Below are positions 37,472-46,687 of a DNA stretch of 64,000 nucleotides, piece after piece. The stretch is from Minisyncoccota bacterium. Its GTDB lineage: Bacteria; Patescibacteriota; Minisyncoccia; Phycocordibacterales; UBA2100. The translations under genes were made by a program, and so were the position numbers. The stretch is from positions 23,954 through 87,953 of the forward strand of contig DASSSZ010000003.1 of assembly GCA_035708165.1 (NCBI GenBank), in the 5' to 3' direction. Numbering within the stretch: position 1 is the first letter of the stretch; the number at the start of each line of letters is the position of its first letter. The notes below the pieces were generated by a model, which had not been told where the DNA came from, did not search any database, and saw nothing but the letters and a program-made list of their open reading frames with translations.

Positions 37472-39286
37472 ATGGCAAGCCGCATCCGCAACTTCTCCAT
37501 CATCGCGCATATCGACCATGGCAAGTCGACGCTCTCCGACCGCATGCTCGAGCGCACCGGCACGATCGAGGAGCGCCAGATGCGCGCGCAGGTCCTGGAT
37601 TCCATGGATCTCGAACGCGAGCGGGGGATCACGATCAAGATGCAGCCGGTCCGCATGCAGTACCGTCCTGCCGGCTCCGGCGACGAGTACATCCTCAACC
37701 TCATCGACACGCCGGGCCACGTGGACTTCTCGTATGAGGTCTCCCGCGCCTTGAAGGCAGTGGAGGGCGCCATCCTCCTCGTGGACGCTACGCAGGGCGT
37801 GGAAGCGCAGACGCTCTCCGTGCTCGATTCCGCCCGCAAGGCGGGCCTCGCCATCATCCCCGCGCTCTCGAAGGTGGACGCCCCGGCCGCGCGCGTGGAT
37901 GACGTACGCTTCGAGGTCGCCGAGCTCCTCGGCTGCGATATGGATGATGTGTATCTCACGTCCGGCAAGACGGGCGAGGGCGTGACCGAACTCCTTGATG
38001 CGATCATCGAGAAGGTCCCGGCTCCCGCCGACCATGCCGAGAAGCCGCTCTCCGCTCTCGTGTTCGATTTCGACTACTCCGACCACCGCGGCGTCATCGT
38101 CTACGCGCGCATCATGGAGGGGACGCTGAAGGCGCGGCAGGATCTCTCGTTCTGCTCGGCGAAGGCATCCTTCTCCGGGAATGAGATCGGCGTCCTGACG
38201 CCGAAGGAGACGCCGGCGCAGATGCTCTCGGCAGGCGAGATCGGTTACATCACGACCGGCATCAAGAAGCCGGGCGTCGTTTCCGTCGGCGATACGATCA
38301 TCCGCACGGGCAGCAATGCCGCTGCGCTTCCCGGCTATCAGAAGCCCGCGCCGGTCATCTGGGCCTCCATCTACCCTGAGGAGGCGACTTCATCGAAGAG
38401 CGGCGACGCATTCACCGATCTCAAGCAGGCGATCGAGCGGCTCGCCCTGACCGACTCCTCGCTCACATGGGAAGAGGAGCAGTCCGGCGTCCTGGGACGC
38501 GGCTTCCGCTGCGGCTTCCTCGGCATGCTGCACCTCGAGATCGTGACCGAGCGCTTGCGGCGCGAATTCGGCTTGAGCCTCATCACGACGACGCCGTCGG
38601 TCGCCTACACTGTCCGCGAGAACGGGCACGCGGATCGGCAGGTCTACACGCCCGCGCAATTCCCTGATGCGGATGCGCAGCGCTACACGGTGCTCGAGCC
38701 GTGGGTCGGGCTCGATATCCTCGTGCCGCCCGCCCTCGTAGGCGCCGTCTTGCCGCTCCTCGTCGCGCATGAGGCAGTCGTGGGCGATACGGAGCAGACG
38801 CTCGGCGAGCGCGTGAAGGTGCACGCCGAGATGCCCTTGCGCGAGCTCATGCGCAACTTCTTCGACAAGATGACGAGCGCGACTTCGGGCTACGCCTCGG
38901 TCTCCTATGAATTCATCGAGGAGCGGCCCGCGGACGTGGTGCGCCTCGATATCCTGGTAGCCGAAGAAGCGGTACCGGCGCTCACGCGCGTCGTCTCGGC
39001 CAGGCGGGCGGAAGAGGAAGGACGCGCTACGGTGGAGAAATTGAAGGAGATCCTTCCTGCGCAACTCATCGTGCTCAAGATCCAGGCACGCGCGAAGGGG
39101 CGTATCATCGCGAGCGAGCGCATCGCGGCGCGGCGCAAGGATGTGACCGGCTACCTCTACGGCGGCGATATCACGCGCAAGATGAAGCTCCTCGAGAAGC
39201 AGAAGAAAGGCAAGAAGAAGATGCAGGAGCGCGCGCAGGTGCACATCCCGCAGGAAGTGTTCCTCAAGATGATGCGGGAGCAGTAG
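37472..39286 (+). CDS. lepA: elongation factor 4 (LepA)
   Basis: IRNFSIIAHIDHGKSTLSDR G1 motif, DTPGHVDF, C-terminal LepA domain. Confidence 0.95.
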   Translation: MASRIRNFSIIAHIDHGKSTLSDRMLERTGTIEERQMRAQVLDSMDLERERGITIKMQPVRMQYRPAGSGDEYILNLIDTPGHVDFSYEVSRALKAVEGAILLVDATQGVEAQTLSVLDSARKAGLAIIPALSKVDAPAARVDDVRFEVAELLGCDMDDVYLTSGKTGEGVTELLDAIIEKVPAPADHAEKPLSALVFDFDYSDHRGVIVYARIMEGTLKARQDLSFCSAKASFSGNEIGVLTPKETPAQMLSAGEIGYITTGIKKPGVVSVGDTIIRTGSNAAALPGYQKPAPVIWASIYPEEATSSKSGDAFTDLKQAIERLALTDSSLTWEEEQSGVLGRGFRCGFLGMLHLEIVTERLRREFGLSLITTTPSVAYTVRENGHADRQVYTPAQFPDADAQRYTVLEPWVGLDILVPPALVGAVLPLLVAHEAVVGDTEQTLGERVKVHAEMPLRELMRNFFDKMTSATSGYASVSYEFIEERPADVVRLDILVAEEAVPALTRVVSARRAEEEGRATVEKLKEILPAQLIVLKIQARAKGRIIASERIAARRKDVTGYLYGGDITRKMKLLEKQKKGKKKMQERAQVHIPQEVFLKMMREQ

Positions 39287-39342
39287 AACCCTGCTTCGAG
39301 ACGAATGGAGGAGCGGCTATGCGCCGCATCACAATGAAAGAA

Positions 39343-39362
39343 GACCCGCCGGAAGGCGGGTC
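39343..39362. terminator. hairpin terminator after lepA (bidirectional)
   Basis: GACCCGCC-GGAA-GGCGGGTC. Confidence 0.6.
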
Positions 39363-39498
39363 GCGAGTCAGGGGATGCCGCGGTACCGCACGAGGAAGAT
39401 GCCGTACTGCGAATGCATGGAGCTGGGCAGGCTGCCGATCGTTCCGTCATCCGCGCCGAGGATAGCGTGGTCGCGGCGAGGGGCAAGCAGGCCGAGCG

Positions 39499-39624
39499 CT
39501 AGAACGAGCTCCAGAGGGTCGGCGGGACCAGGAGCAGGATCATGGAGAGGGCGATCAGGACCGCGAGGACGGCCCAGACCCACTTCATCACGCGCTTCGT
39601 ATTGCGATGGTAGAGGAAACTCAT
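39499..39624 (-). CDS. candidate 41-aa small membrane protein
   Basis: MSFLYHRNTKRVMKWVWAVLAVLIALSMILLLVPPTLWSSF. High GC3 codon bias, single TM. Below the ORF-track length cutoff. Confidence 0.4.
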   Translation of the reverse strand: MSFLYHRNTKRVMKWVWAVLAVLIALSMILLLVPPTLWSSF

Positions 39625-39689
39625 AGGAATTCAGGCGTTTTCTAGTGATACAATCGTACCATATGCACGACGCTCGGCAACAGCGGATC

Positions 39690-40040
39690 ATGAAGCTGTT
39701 CAGGAAACGGCTCGTGATGCTCCTCATCCTGATCGGCATCTGCCTGCTCATTCCTGCCGTCTGGAGCGCTTCGGCGAAGGACAGGGAAGCGGCTGCGGCG
39801 AAGGCCGAGTCGGAACGGCAGCTCGCCGCGCTTGAGAGCCAGCAGGCGACGCTTTCAGCCGAGGTCGCGCAATTGAAGACGCCTGAGGGTATGGAGGCCG
39901 CGCTGCGGCAGCGCTATGGCGTGGGGCATGAAGGAGAGGGGGTGATCTATATCGAGACGCCCGATGACGCCACGCAGACCCCTACCACGACGCCGCGCAG
40001 GGGGTTCTTCGGCTGGGTGCAAGGCGTGTGGCCGTTCTAG
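39690..40040 (+). CDS. FtsB/DivIC-like septum formation initiator
   Basis: N-terminal TM, coiled-coil (ERQLAALESQQATLSAEVAQL) then EAALRQRYG motif. Alternative upstream starts at 39645 (GTG) or 39660. Confidence 0.6.
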   Translation: MKLFRKRLVMLLILIGICLLIPAVWSASAKDREAAAAKAESERQLAALESQQATLSAEVAQLKTPEGMEAALRQRYGVGHEGEGVIYIETPDDATQTPTTTPRRGFFGWVQGVWPF

Positions 40041-40100
40041 CCGCAATGCGTGCATCAACGAATGCTGCCGGAAGCCGTCGCTTCCGGCCCGTTCGTTCTG

Positions 40101-40172
40101 TGCCCCGAGCAGGAATCGAACCCACATCAATCCCTTAGGACGGGACTGTTCTATCCATTGAACTATCGGGGC
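40101..40172 (-). tRNA. tRNA-Arg (anticodon CCT)
   Basis: Manual fold: acceptor GCCCCGA/TCGGGGC, D-arm GTTC/GAAC, anticodon loop GTCCTAA, T-loop TTCGATT. Confidence 0.75.
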
Positions 40173-40237
40173 GTGACGCCACTGTAGCATGAAAGCCGCC
40201 CGAGGGGCGGCTTTCATGCATGCGCACCGACGGGGGT

Positions 40238-40471
40238 CTAGAGGCCGAGCTTCTCGCGAAGCGCATCCTCATCGTAGCCGATGACCAGCTCGTCGCCGAT
40301 CGTAATGACCGGGACACCCATCTGACCGCTCTTCTGGATCATCTCCTGGCGCGCAGCGAGGTCGTCCTGCACGTTGTGATCCGTGAAGGCAACGTTGTTC
40401 TCGGTAAAGAATTCCTTCGCCGCGTGGCAGAAGTGGCAAGTCGGGGTGCTGTAGATGACGACGTCCTTCAT
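40238..40471 (-). CDS. glutaredoxin-like protein (CxxC, NrdH/YruB-like)
   Basis: VVIYSTPTCHFCHAAKEF ... GVPVITIGDELVIGYD glutaredoxin fold. Confidence 0.75.
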   Translation of the reverse strand: MKDVVIYSTPTCHFCHAAKEFFTENNVAFTDHNVQDDLAARQEMIQKSGQMGVPVITIGDELVIGYDEDALREKLGL

Positions 40472-40547
40472 ATCATGCTGCTGCTATAGGGTAATGAGTA
40501 CAGTATAGCATGCCGGTCAATGCGCCATAGTGAATCCCCGCCACACG

Positions 40548-40892
40548 CTAGCGCATGACGGGGAGAGTCGCGGCCCGTTCCGGAGAAGCGGCGGGCAAGG
40601 ATCGTATCGCGGCCAGAAGGCGCTCCAGATCAGCGATGGCGCGATCAGAGGCCAGGGCTGCATCCATGCCGCCAGTCCCGAGCGCGTCCGCTTGGATGAT
40701 CTCCTGTCGCGAGATATCCGCAAGGAGGATCGCGCGGTCATACGCGCTGAAGCACGGGAGATCGCGGCAGGCTGCTTGTCGTGCCAGAAGCGTCGCGGAG
40801 ACAGCCTTGAGGCGGAGCGGATTGGGGTCGGCAGCATGCGCCGACGAGAGTGCCAGGCCTGCCATGACGGCCGCCAGTGCAAGTACCTTCAT
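40548..40892 (-). CDS. hypothetical secreted protein
   Basis: Signal peptide MKVLALAAVMAGLALSSAHA. No domain recognised. Confidence 0.45.
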   Translation of the reverse strand: MKVLALAAVMAGLALSSAHAADPNPLRLKAVSATLLARQAACRDLPCFSAYDRAILLADISRQEIIQADALGTGGMDAALASDRAIADLERLLAAIRSLPAASPERAATLPVMR

Positions 40893-41010
40893 GAGTACCT
40901 CCAAAGAATGCTGCGGCGGATTATCTAATGACTCATGGAACTTGTCAAATCGAGCCCGACCGCACTATCCATGTGAGGAAGCCTTCTTCTCTGCTATAGT
41001 AGTGCCACTT

Positions 41011-41081
41011 GCGGGATTCGTTTAGTGGCAGGACGCGACCTTCCCAAGGTTGAGACAGGAGTTCGATTCTCCTATCCCGCA
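41011..41081 (+). tRNA. tRNA-Gly (anticodon CCC)
   Basis: Acceptor GCGGGAT/ATCCCGC, anticodon arm CGACC-TTCCCAA-GGTTG, T-arm AGGAG-TTCGATT-CTCCT. Confidence 0.8.
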
Positions 41082-41130
41082 CAAATCGGCCACTCATGAA
41101 AGCGACAGCTTTCATGAGAGCTGCCGTTCG

Positions 41131-41150
41131 TAGCGGGAGAGGAGAATCGA
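41131..41150. repeat. inverted partial copy of tRNA-Gly T-arm (GGAGAGGAGAATCGAAAGCC)
   Basis: Reverse complement CGGCTTTCGATTCTCCTCTCCC matches tRNA-Gly TTCGATTCTCCT. Confidence 0.5.
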
Positions 41151-41241
41151 AAGCCGCAGCACCGTGGAGCGGGGCGAGGCCGGGTCGGCGCGCTTGGTAT
41201 TTGAGGGCCCGCAGGGCACTCATATACGTAGCGACGGTGAC

Positions 41242-41288
41242 CGATTCTTCTATCCCGCACACATCGGCTACTCATGAAAGCGGCAGCT
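41242..41288 (+). repeat. about 47-bp imperfect direct repeat of tRNA-Gly 3' end plus 30 nt downstream flank
   Basis: CGATTCTTCTATCCCGCACACATCGGCTACTCATGAAAGCGGCAGCT versus 41064..41110 CGATTCTCCTATCCCGCACAAATCGGCCACTCATGAAAGCGACAGCT (4 mismatches). Confidence 0.6.
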
Positions 41289-41339
41289 TCCGGTGGATAG
41301 CCGTTCGCTGCCTGTGCGGGCGCACGGTATACTTCCTGC

Positions 41340-41663
41340 ATGGATCCTGAAGATCGCGACCTCCTCGAGCGCACCTTCAAGCTCGCACGCGACAACAACC
41401 GCATGCTGCAGGCGATGAACCGCGCCGCGCTCTTCAATGGCCTCTTCCGCGTGCTGGCATGGATCGCGGTGCTCGCGCTCGCGGCGTGGCTCTATTTCAA
41501 CTATCTCGGGCCGGTCCTCAATTCCGCGACGCACGCGCTCAATCAGGCGCAGACCGCGAGCAGCAACGCCAGCTCAGAGCTGCAGTCGATCCAGAATGCC
41601 ATTTCCGCCATCCAGCACGTCATCCCGAGCTTCAGCACGAGCACGGCGACGAGCACGCAGTAG
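41340..41663 (+). CDS. hypothetical membrane protein
   Basis: 107 aa, one TM. No domain recognised. Confidence 0.45.
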   Translation: MDPEDRDLLERTFKLARDNNRMLQAMNRAALFNGLFRVLAWIAVLALAAWLYFNYLGPVLNSATHALNQAQTASSNASSELQSIQNAISAIQHVIPSFSTSTATSTQ

Positions 41664-41702
41664 GCTGGAATATGGCTCCCGCTATGATAGAATGCGCCCA
41701 TC

Positions 41703-41775
41703 GCTTGGGTAGCTCAGTTGGTAGAGCATTCGCCTGAAGAGCGAAGGGTCGCCGGTTCGACCCCGGCCCCAAGCA
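41703..41775 (+). tRNA. tRNA-Phe (anticodon GAA)
   Basis: Acceptor GCTTGGG/CCCAAGC, D-arm GCTC-AGTTGGTA-GAGC, anticodon arm TTCGC-CTGAAGA-GCGAA, T-arm GCCGG-TTCGACC-CCGGC. Confidence 0.85.
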
Positions 41776-41862
41776 CCGGAAAGAGAAAACGCCGCACATG
41801 CGGCTTTTCTCATGAGCGGAATCATCGTATATTCACCCTAGGCATCAGAAAGGAGATCTTGG

Positions 41863-42321
41863 ATGCGCCCATTCATTACGTACGTCTCGATGATCCTCGT
41901 CGGCTACTACATGGTCCGGCTTGGCCAGTGGGATACGCACGATCCGCAGCATATCCTGCCCGTTGCCGCGCTCGGCGGATGGGTCGTGACCTACGCCATC
42001 GTGCTGGGGCGGACGATCAACAGCGAGCTCTCGCGCACGGCACTGCTCACGCGCGTGCTGTGGATCGCCATGGTCTCCGGCGCCACGTTCGGTGCCGTGC
42101 TCTTCGGCTGCCTGATCCCGGAGAAGGGGAGCAATCCGTTCTCATGGATCTCGAGCGATCCGGTCATGCTCATCGCGCTGGCTGCATTCAGCCCGCTGTT
42201 CTGGAGCATCATCGCCAGCCTCGGCGAGTGGATAGACGGCCTGACCTCCCTCGCGCATGCGAAGCGGCCGGCGAGGAGCGCTTCGGTGACGAATATGAGC
42301 GATTACCGAGGCAAGAACTGA
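41863..42321 (+). CDS. hypothetical membrane protein
   Basis: AAAGGAG RBS, four TM. No domain recognised. Confidence 0.5.
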   Translation: MRPFITYVSMILVGYYMVRLGQWDTHDPQHILPVAALGGWVVTYAIVLGRTINSELSRTALLTRVLWIAMVSGATFGAVLFGCLIPEKGSNPFSWISSDPVMLIALAAFSPLFWSIIASLGEWIDGLTSLAHAKRPARSASVTNMSDYRGKN

Positions 42322-42381
42322 CCATGATCGAAACGGCCCGCGAAGGATCGCGGGCCGTTCTCATTCTGTTTCTGCGGGGGC

Positions 42382-42942
42382 TCACTTGCTCCGCACTTTC
42401 AGCTTTGCCTGGCGTGCCTTGTTGATCTTCGGCAGGCGGATGATAAGGATGCCATGGCGCTCCGATGCATCCGCCATGTCCACGTCCACCTCCTCAGGAA
42501 GGAGGATGGTGCGCGAGAAGCTCCCCCAGTACAGCTCGCGCTGGAAGTAGCCGTCATCCTCCACTTCGCGCTCGTCCTCGCGCGTGCCGGAGATGGTGAG
42601 CATGTCGCGAGAGACGGAAATGTCGATATTGTTGGGCAGCACGCCGGCGACGAGCGCTTTCACGACGATCGCGTCAGGCGTCTGGTAGACGTCGACCGCG
42701 AGCTCGCCTTCGTTCTCCGTCTCAAGCTCCTGCCAGGAATGCGGCGAGGACTCATGGAACGGCTGCGGCTGCGGAGCGCGCTGCGCCGAAACCTGCGGGC
42801 GCAGCGGCTGCTCCGCATGCATGGCCGGGATCGGCTGCTCATCGAAGCTATGGACCGGCGCCTCGTCCTCGAAATAGTCATCGTATTCCTGGTCGGAACC
42901 GACGATGCCGGTAAGCCTATCGATAAGCGAAGGTTTCTTCAT
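42382..42942 (-). CDS. Hsp20/alpha-crystallin family small heat-shock protein
   Basis: ACD core VDVYQTPDAIVVKALVAGV...GILIIRLPK. Confidence 0.85.
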   Translation of the reverse strand: MKKPSLIDRLTGIVGSDQEYDDYFEDEAPVHSFDEQPIPAMHAEQPLRPQVSAQRAPQPQPFHESSPHSWQELETENEGELAVDVYQTPDAIVVKALVAGVLPNNIDISVSRDMLTISGTREDEREVEDDGYFQRELYWGSFSRTILLPEEVDVDMADASERHGILIIRLPKINKARQAKLKVRSK

Positions 42943-42960
42943 GAGAGATGGGTTGGGGGA

Positions 42961-43659
42961 TTAGCGCCTGCGGACCGGCCGTCGCATCCGCTTTACGTAT
43001 TCGAGCGCGGCCAAGAGGACGACGATGCCGATCCACACGAAGACGAACGTATGGAAGAGGTATGCATCCTTCGTGTTGATTATAAGGATGTTGAAGCCGG
43101 CGTGCAAAACGGATGCGAGGATAACTCCCGAAATGGCCCACAGCACGCGTTCGCGGCGGGGCCGGTAGAAGGATGCCGCGAGCGCGAGGCCCACGATCGA
43201 GGAGGAGAGGACGTGCAGCAGGGTCGCGCCGATCGCGCGCAGGTCGCCCGTAAGGACGGTGGCGCCTAATTGCCCCGCAACGTCAGGATTGAGAAGGAAC
43301 AGGGCGTTCTCGACAGAGGAGAAGCCGAGCGCCGCGACGACCATGTAGATCACGGAATCGACGGGCTCATCGTTCTCGCGCCTCCCGAGGACCGTGAGGC
43401 GCGCCGCCAGGTACTTGCCCGTCTCCTCGATCACGGCCCAGGCGCTGAACATGGCCGCGCCTGCAAGCGCGAAGTAGCCTGCCACGAACTTCTCGGTCGG
43501 GATCACGATCGCGATCGAAAGGGCGCCCGCAAGGAACGCGAGTGCGATCAGGCGCCGCGGCTCAGGGTGCGTGCTGTCCTCGCGCAGCCAGAACCAGAGC
43601 CAGAGGAGCGCGGGCAGGATGCCGCCGAGGATGGCGATCGCGATAGGCGGTACCGGCAT
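42961..43659 (-). CDS. PrsW-family intramembrane protease
   Basis: IEETGKY, FSSVENALF, LHAGFN motifs in TM context. Confidence 0.7.
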   Translation of the reverse strand: MPVPPIAIAILGGILPALLWLWFWLREDSTHPEPRRLIALAFLAGALSIAIVIPTEKFVAGYFALAGAAMFSAWAVIEETGKYLAARLTVLGRRENDEPVDSVIYMVVAALGFSSVENALFLLNPDVAGQLGATVLTGDLRAIGATLLHVLSSSIVGLALAASFYRPRRERVLWAISGVILASVLHAGFNILIINTKDAYLFHTFVFVWIGIVVLLAALEYVKRMRRPVRRR

Positions 43660-43686
43660 GGTACCAGTATAGCAGCGCCATGCCGC

Positions 43687-45891
43687 TTAGGCGGCGCGCA
43701 CCGGCCACGGGGCGATCATGAGGAGCTCGGCATCCTTCTGCGGCAGCGCCTGCCAGATGGCTTCCGTGACGAACGGCATGAAGGGGTGCAGGAGCTTGAG
43801 GAAGCCGGCGAGGATCGCGTAGAGCGCCTGCTGGCGGGAGCGGATCGCCTCGGCATCATCATCGGCGAGGATCGGCTTGCTCGCCTCGATGATCTCATCC
43901 GCGAAGCGGTGCCAGATATAGTGGTAGAGCATATCGCTCGCGAGGTCGATCCGGTAGCGCTCGATGTGGTCGGTCACGTCCCGTGCGAGCGCATCGAATT
44001 CGGCGATGAGCGCTCCATCATCTGCCGTATATGCCGGTGCAGCAGCGAGATCCGCGCCGGCGACCGACGTGAGCACGAAGCGCGTGATATTCCAGATCTT
44101 GTTCGCGAAATTCTTGTAGCCTTTGACGCGGGCCTCCGCGAGCTTCAGATCGGTGCCAGGCGTGTTCTGGATGAGGAGCGAGAGCCGCGTCGCGTCCGCC
44201 CCGTACTTCTCGATCATAGTGAGGGGATCGATGATGTTCCCGAGCGATTTGCTCATCTTGCGGCCCTTCTCGTCGCGCACGAGCCCGTGCAGGTACACGG
44301 TCCGGAACGGCACCGTGCCGAGATGGAAGGCGCTCATGAGGATCATGCGCGCCACCCAGAAGAAGAGGATGTCGTACCCGGTCTCGAGCATGCTCGTGGG
44401 GTGGAACGCCTCGAGGTCCGGCGTCGCATCCGGCCAGCCGAGCGTGCTGAAGGTCCAGAGGCCCGAGGAGAACCAGGTATCGAGCGTGTCGGGATCCTGC
44501 TCCCAGCCATCGCCCTCCGGCGCCTCTGTGCCGCAATAGCGCTCCTCGCCCCGGTACCATACGGGGATGCGATGGCCGAACCAGATCTGCCGGCTGATGC
44601 ACCACGGGCGCAGGTTGTCGATCCAGTGATAGTAGGTCGTATCGAAATTGTCCGGGAAGATGCGTACCGCCTTGCTCTCGACGGCGGCGCGCATCAGCTG
44701 CTTCAGCGTCACCGTGGCGCCGCTCTCGATGCCGGGGATCGCCGAGTGCGGGATCACGAAGGGCTTGGTCACGTCGATGAACCACTGGAGCTTGGGCATC
44801 GGCTCGATGATGCCGCCGGTGCGCTCCGCAGTGGCCACGTTCTGCGCGATGTCCTCCTGCTTCTCGAGCAGGCCTTCCTCCGCGAGCCACGCGACGACTG
44901 CTTCGCGCGCCGCACCCACCTTGAGGCCGCTGAGCCGGCCTTCGACCGTCATCTTCGCGTACTCATTGATGACGGACGGGCGCGGCAGGCCGTTCTTCTC
45001 GGCGATCTCCCAGTCGATATGGCTGTGCGCAGGCGTGACGCCCAAGGCGCCGGTGCCGAATGCCGGGTCCACGCCGGCATCGGCGACCACCTTGATATGG
45101 AGCGGCACGTCGCAGAAGGTGAGGTCGAATTCCTGCCCGATGTAGCGCTGATAGCGCTCATCATCAGGATTGACCGCCACGGCCGTATCGCCGACCTTCG
45201 TCTCCGGACGCGTGGTCGAGATCGGGATGGGGAAGTCCTTGGCGTAGCGGAAGGTGTAGAGCGTCGCCGTGCGCTCCTCGTGCACGATCTCATCATCCGA
45301 GATCACGGTCTGGCCCTTCGGGTCCCAGTTCACGATGCGGTCGCCGCGGTAGATGAGGCCGGCCTCGTACATGCGCACGAACGCGGTCGAGACGGCCCTC
45401 GTGCGTGCGTCATCGAGCGTGTAGGCGAGCCGGCTCCAGTCGAGCGAGCTGCCCATCGCCTTGGTCTGGCCGAGGATGGTGGCTTGGCTCTCGTGCGCGA
45501 AGGCATTCACGCGCGTGAGGAAGGCCTCGCGGCCGAGTTCGCCCCGGTTCGTGCCCTCCTTCTCGAGCTGTTTCTCCACCTTCGCCTGCGTCGCGATGGC
45601 GGCGGAATCGGTGCCGGGCAGCCAGAGCGTCTTCTTGCCGCGCATGCGCTCGAAGCGGACGAACGCATCCTCGATGGCGAGCATCGAGGCGTGGCCCATG
45701 TGGAGCGTGCCGGTCACATTGGGCGGCGGCAGCACCATCGAGAAGGTCTCGGGCCGCTCGCCCGGGAGGTTGTCAGGATCGAAGTAGCCGCTCTCTTCCC
45801 ATGCCTGGTAGATGGCAGCTTCATGCTCCTGCGGGGCGTATGCCTTCAGGAACTGCTCGGGGATCTTCGACTCGTCGGCGTTTTCAGCCAT
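43687..45891 (-). CDS. valS: valine--tRNA ligase (short form, no C-terminal coiled-coil)
   Basis: HMGHA (HIGH) and KMSKS motifs, editing domain. Start MAENADE verified at 45889-45891. Confidence 0.95.
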   Translation of the reverse strand: MAENADESKIPEQFLKAYAPQEHEAAIYQAWEESGYFDPDNLPGERPETFSMVLPPPNVTGTLHMGHASMLAIEDAFVRFERMRGKKTLWLPGTDSAAIATQAKVEKQLEKEGTNRGELGREAFLTRVNAFAHESQATILGQTKAMGSSLDWSRLAYTLDDARTRAVSTAFVRMYEAGLIYRGDRIVNWDPKGQTVISDDEIVHEERTATLYTFRYAKDFPIPISTTRPETKVGDTAVAVNPDDERYQRYIGQEFDLTFCDVPLHIKVVADAGVDPAFGTGALGVTPAHSHIDWEIAEKNGLPRPSVINEYAKMTVEGRLSGLKVGAAREAVVAWLAEEGLLEKQEDIAQNVATAERTGGIIEPMPKLQWFIDVTKPFVIPHSAIPGIESGATVTLKQLMRAAVESKAVRIFPDNFDTTYYHWIDNLRPWCISRQIWFGHRIPVWYRGEERYCGTEAPEGDGWEQDPDTLDTWFSSGLWTFSTLGWPDATPDLEAFHPTSMLETGYDILFFWVARMILMSAFHLGTVPFRTVYLHGLVRDEKGRKMSKSLGNIIDPLTMIEKYGADATRLSLLIQNTPGTDLKLAEARVKGYKNFANKIWNITRFVLTSVAGADLAAAPAYTADDGALIAEFDALARDVTDHIERYRIDLASDMLYHYIWHRFADEIIEASKPILADDDAEAIRSRQQALYAILAGFLKLLHPFMPFVTEAIWQALPQKDAELLMIAPWPVRAA

Positions 45892-46018
45892 TGCCTCGAA
45901 TAGTACCGATTTTGCGGCATTGCGGCAATCAGCGGAGGCGGGTGTCGGGCACATGATACTTTCATGCCGCCCGGGCTACCGTACAAAGAGATTGCACGCA
46001 GAGCGTTTGGAGGTACGA

Positions 46019-46657
46019 ATGCCATCACGGTCGGATACCCTTCGTCCGGGCCGGGCCGTCAGGTTCCCATCAGCCGATATCACGCTGGGCGAGATACAGT
46101 CCGTCATCAGGCGTGTCGGCGGCGCGGAAGGATTCCGCCGGCTCTCCCGCGGGCTCACGGTCCCATGCGTAGTGCCGCTCTGGCCGGCTTGGCGCACGAT
46201 CACGCACGATCATGCGGATGCAGCCGGATACTGCTCCGCGATCGAGGAGGCGGGGCTCCGCATTACGCCGGAGGCCGCGGAGCTGCTCGAAGAGGCCGGC
46301 GGCTCGTTCACTGTCGAGCCGCTCGGCATGCCGCTCGTGCGGGTTTCCGCGTACGAGCTGCTCCTGCACCTCGAGGGCGTATCGAGCTGCGGGTATACGC
46401 ACTTCTTCGAACGCGCACTCGAGTTCGGCCTCGGGGCATGCCTCTGGGAAGACGCCCCGGCGCTGCGGCTCGCATATCGGGATCAGCCGTGGATGGAGCA
46501 GTGCGTGGTCGCGACCGATCCCTCGCTGGGTGAGCGGCGGTTCGAGCTCACCGTCGGATCGTCCGATGACGTGCCTGAGCTGCGGATCAGCGCGTGGGAG
46601 AGCTGCCGCATCGCGCATGATGCGGTCTACGTCTTCCGGAAGCTCTGGGACGAATGA
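46019..46657 (+). CDS. hypothetical protein
   Basis: ATG 46019 six nt after GGAGG. Upstream part of ORF 45812..46657 overlaps the valS start. No domain recognised. Confidence 0.45.
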   Translation: MPSRSDTLRPGRAVRFPSADITLGEIQSVIRRVGGAEGFRRLSRGLTVPCVVPLWPAWRTITHDHADAAGYCSAIEEAGLRITPEAAELLEEAGGSFTVEPLGMPLVRVSAYELLLHLEGVSSCGYTHFFERALEFGLGACLWEDAPALRLAYRDQPWMEQCVVATDPSLGERRFELTVGSSDDVPELRISAWESCRIAHDAVYVFRKLWDE

Positions 46658-46687
46658 TCAGCACCCCGCGCTCGCGCGGGGTGCGTG

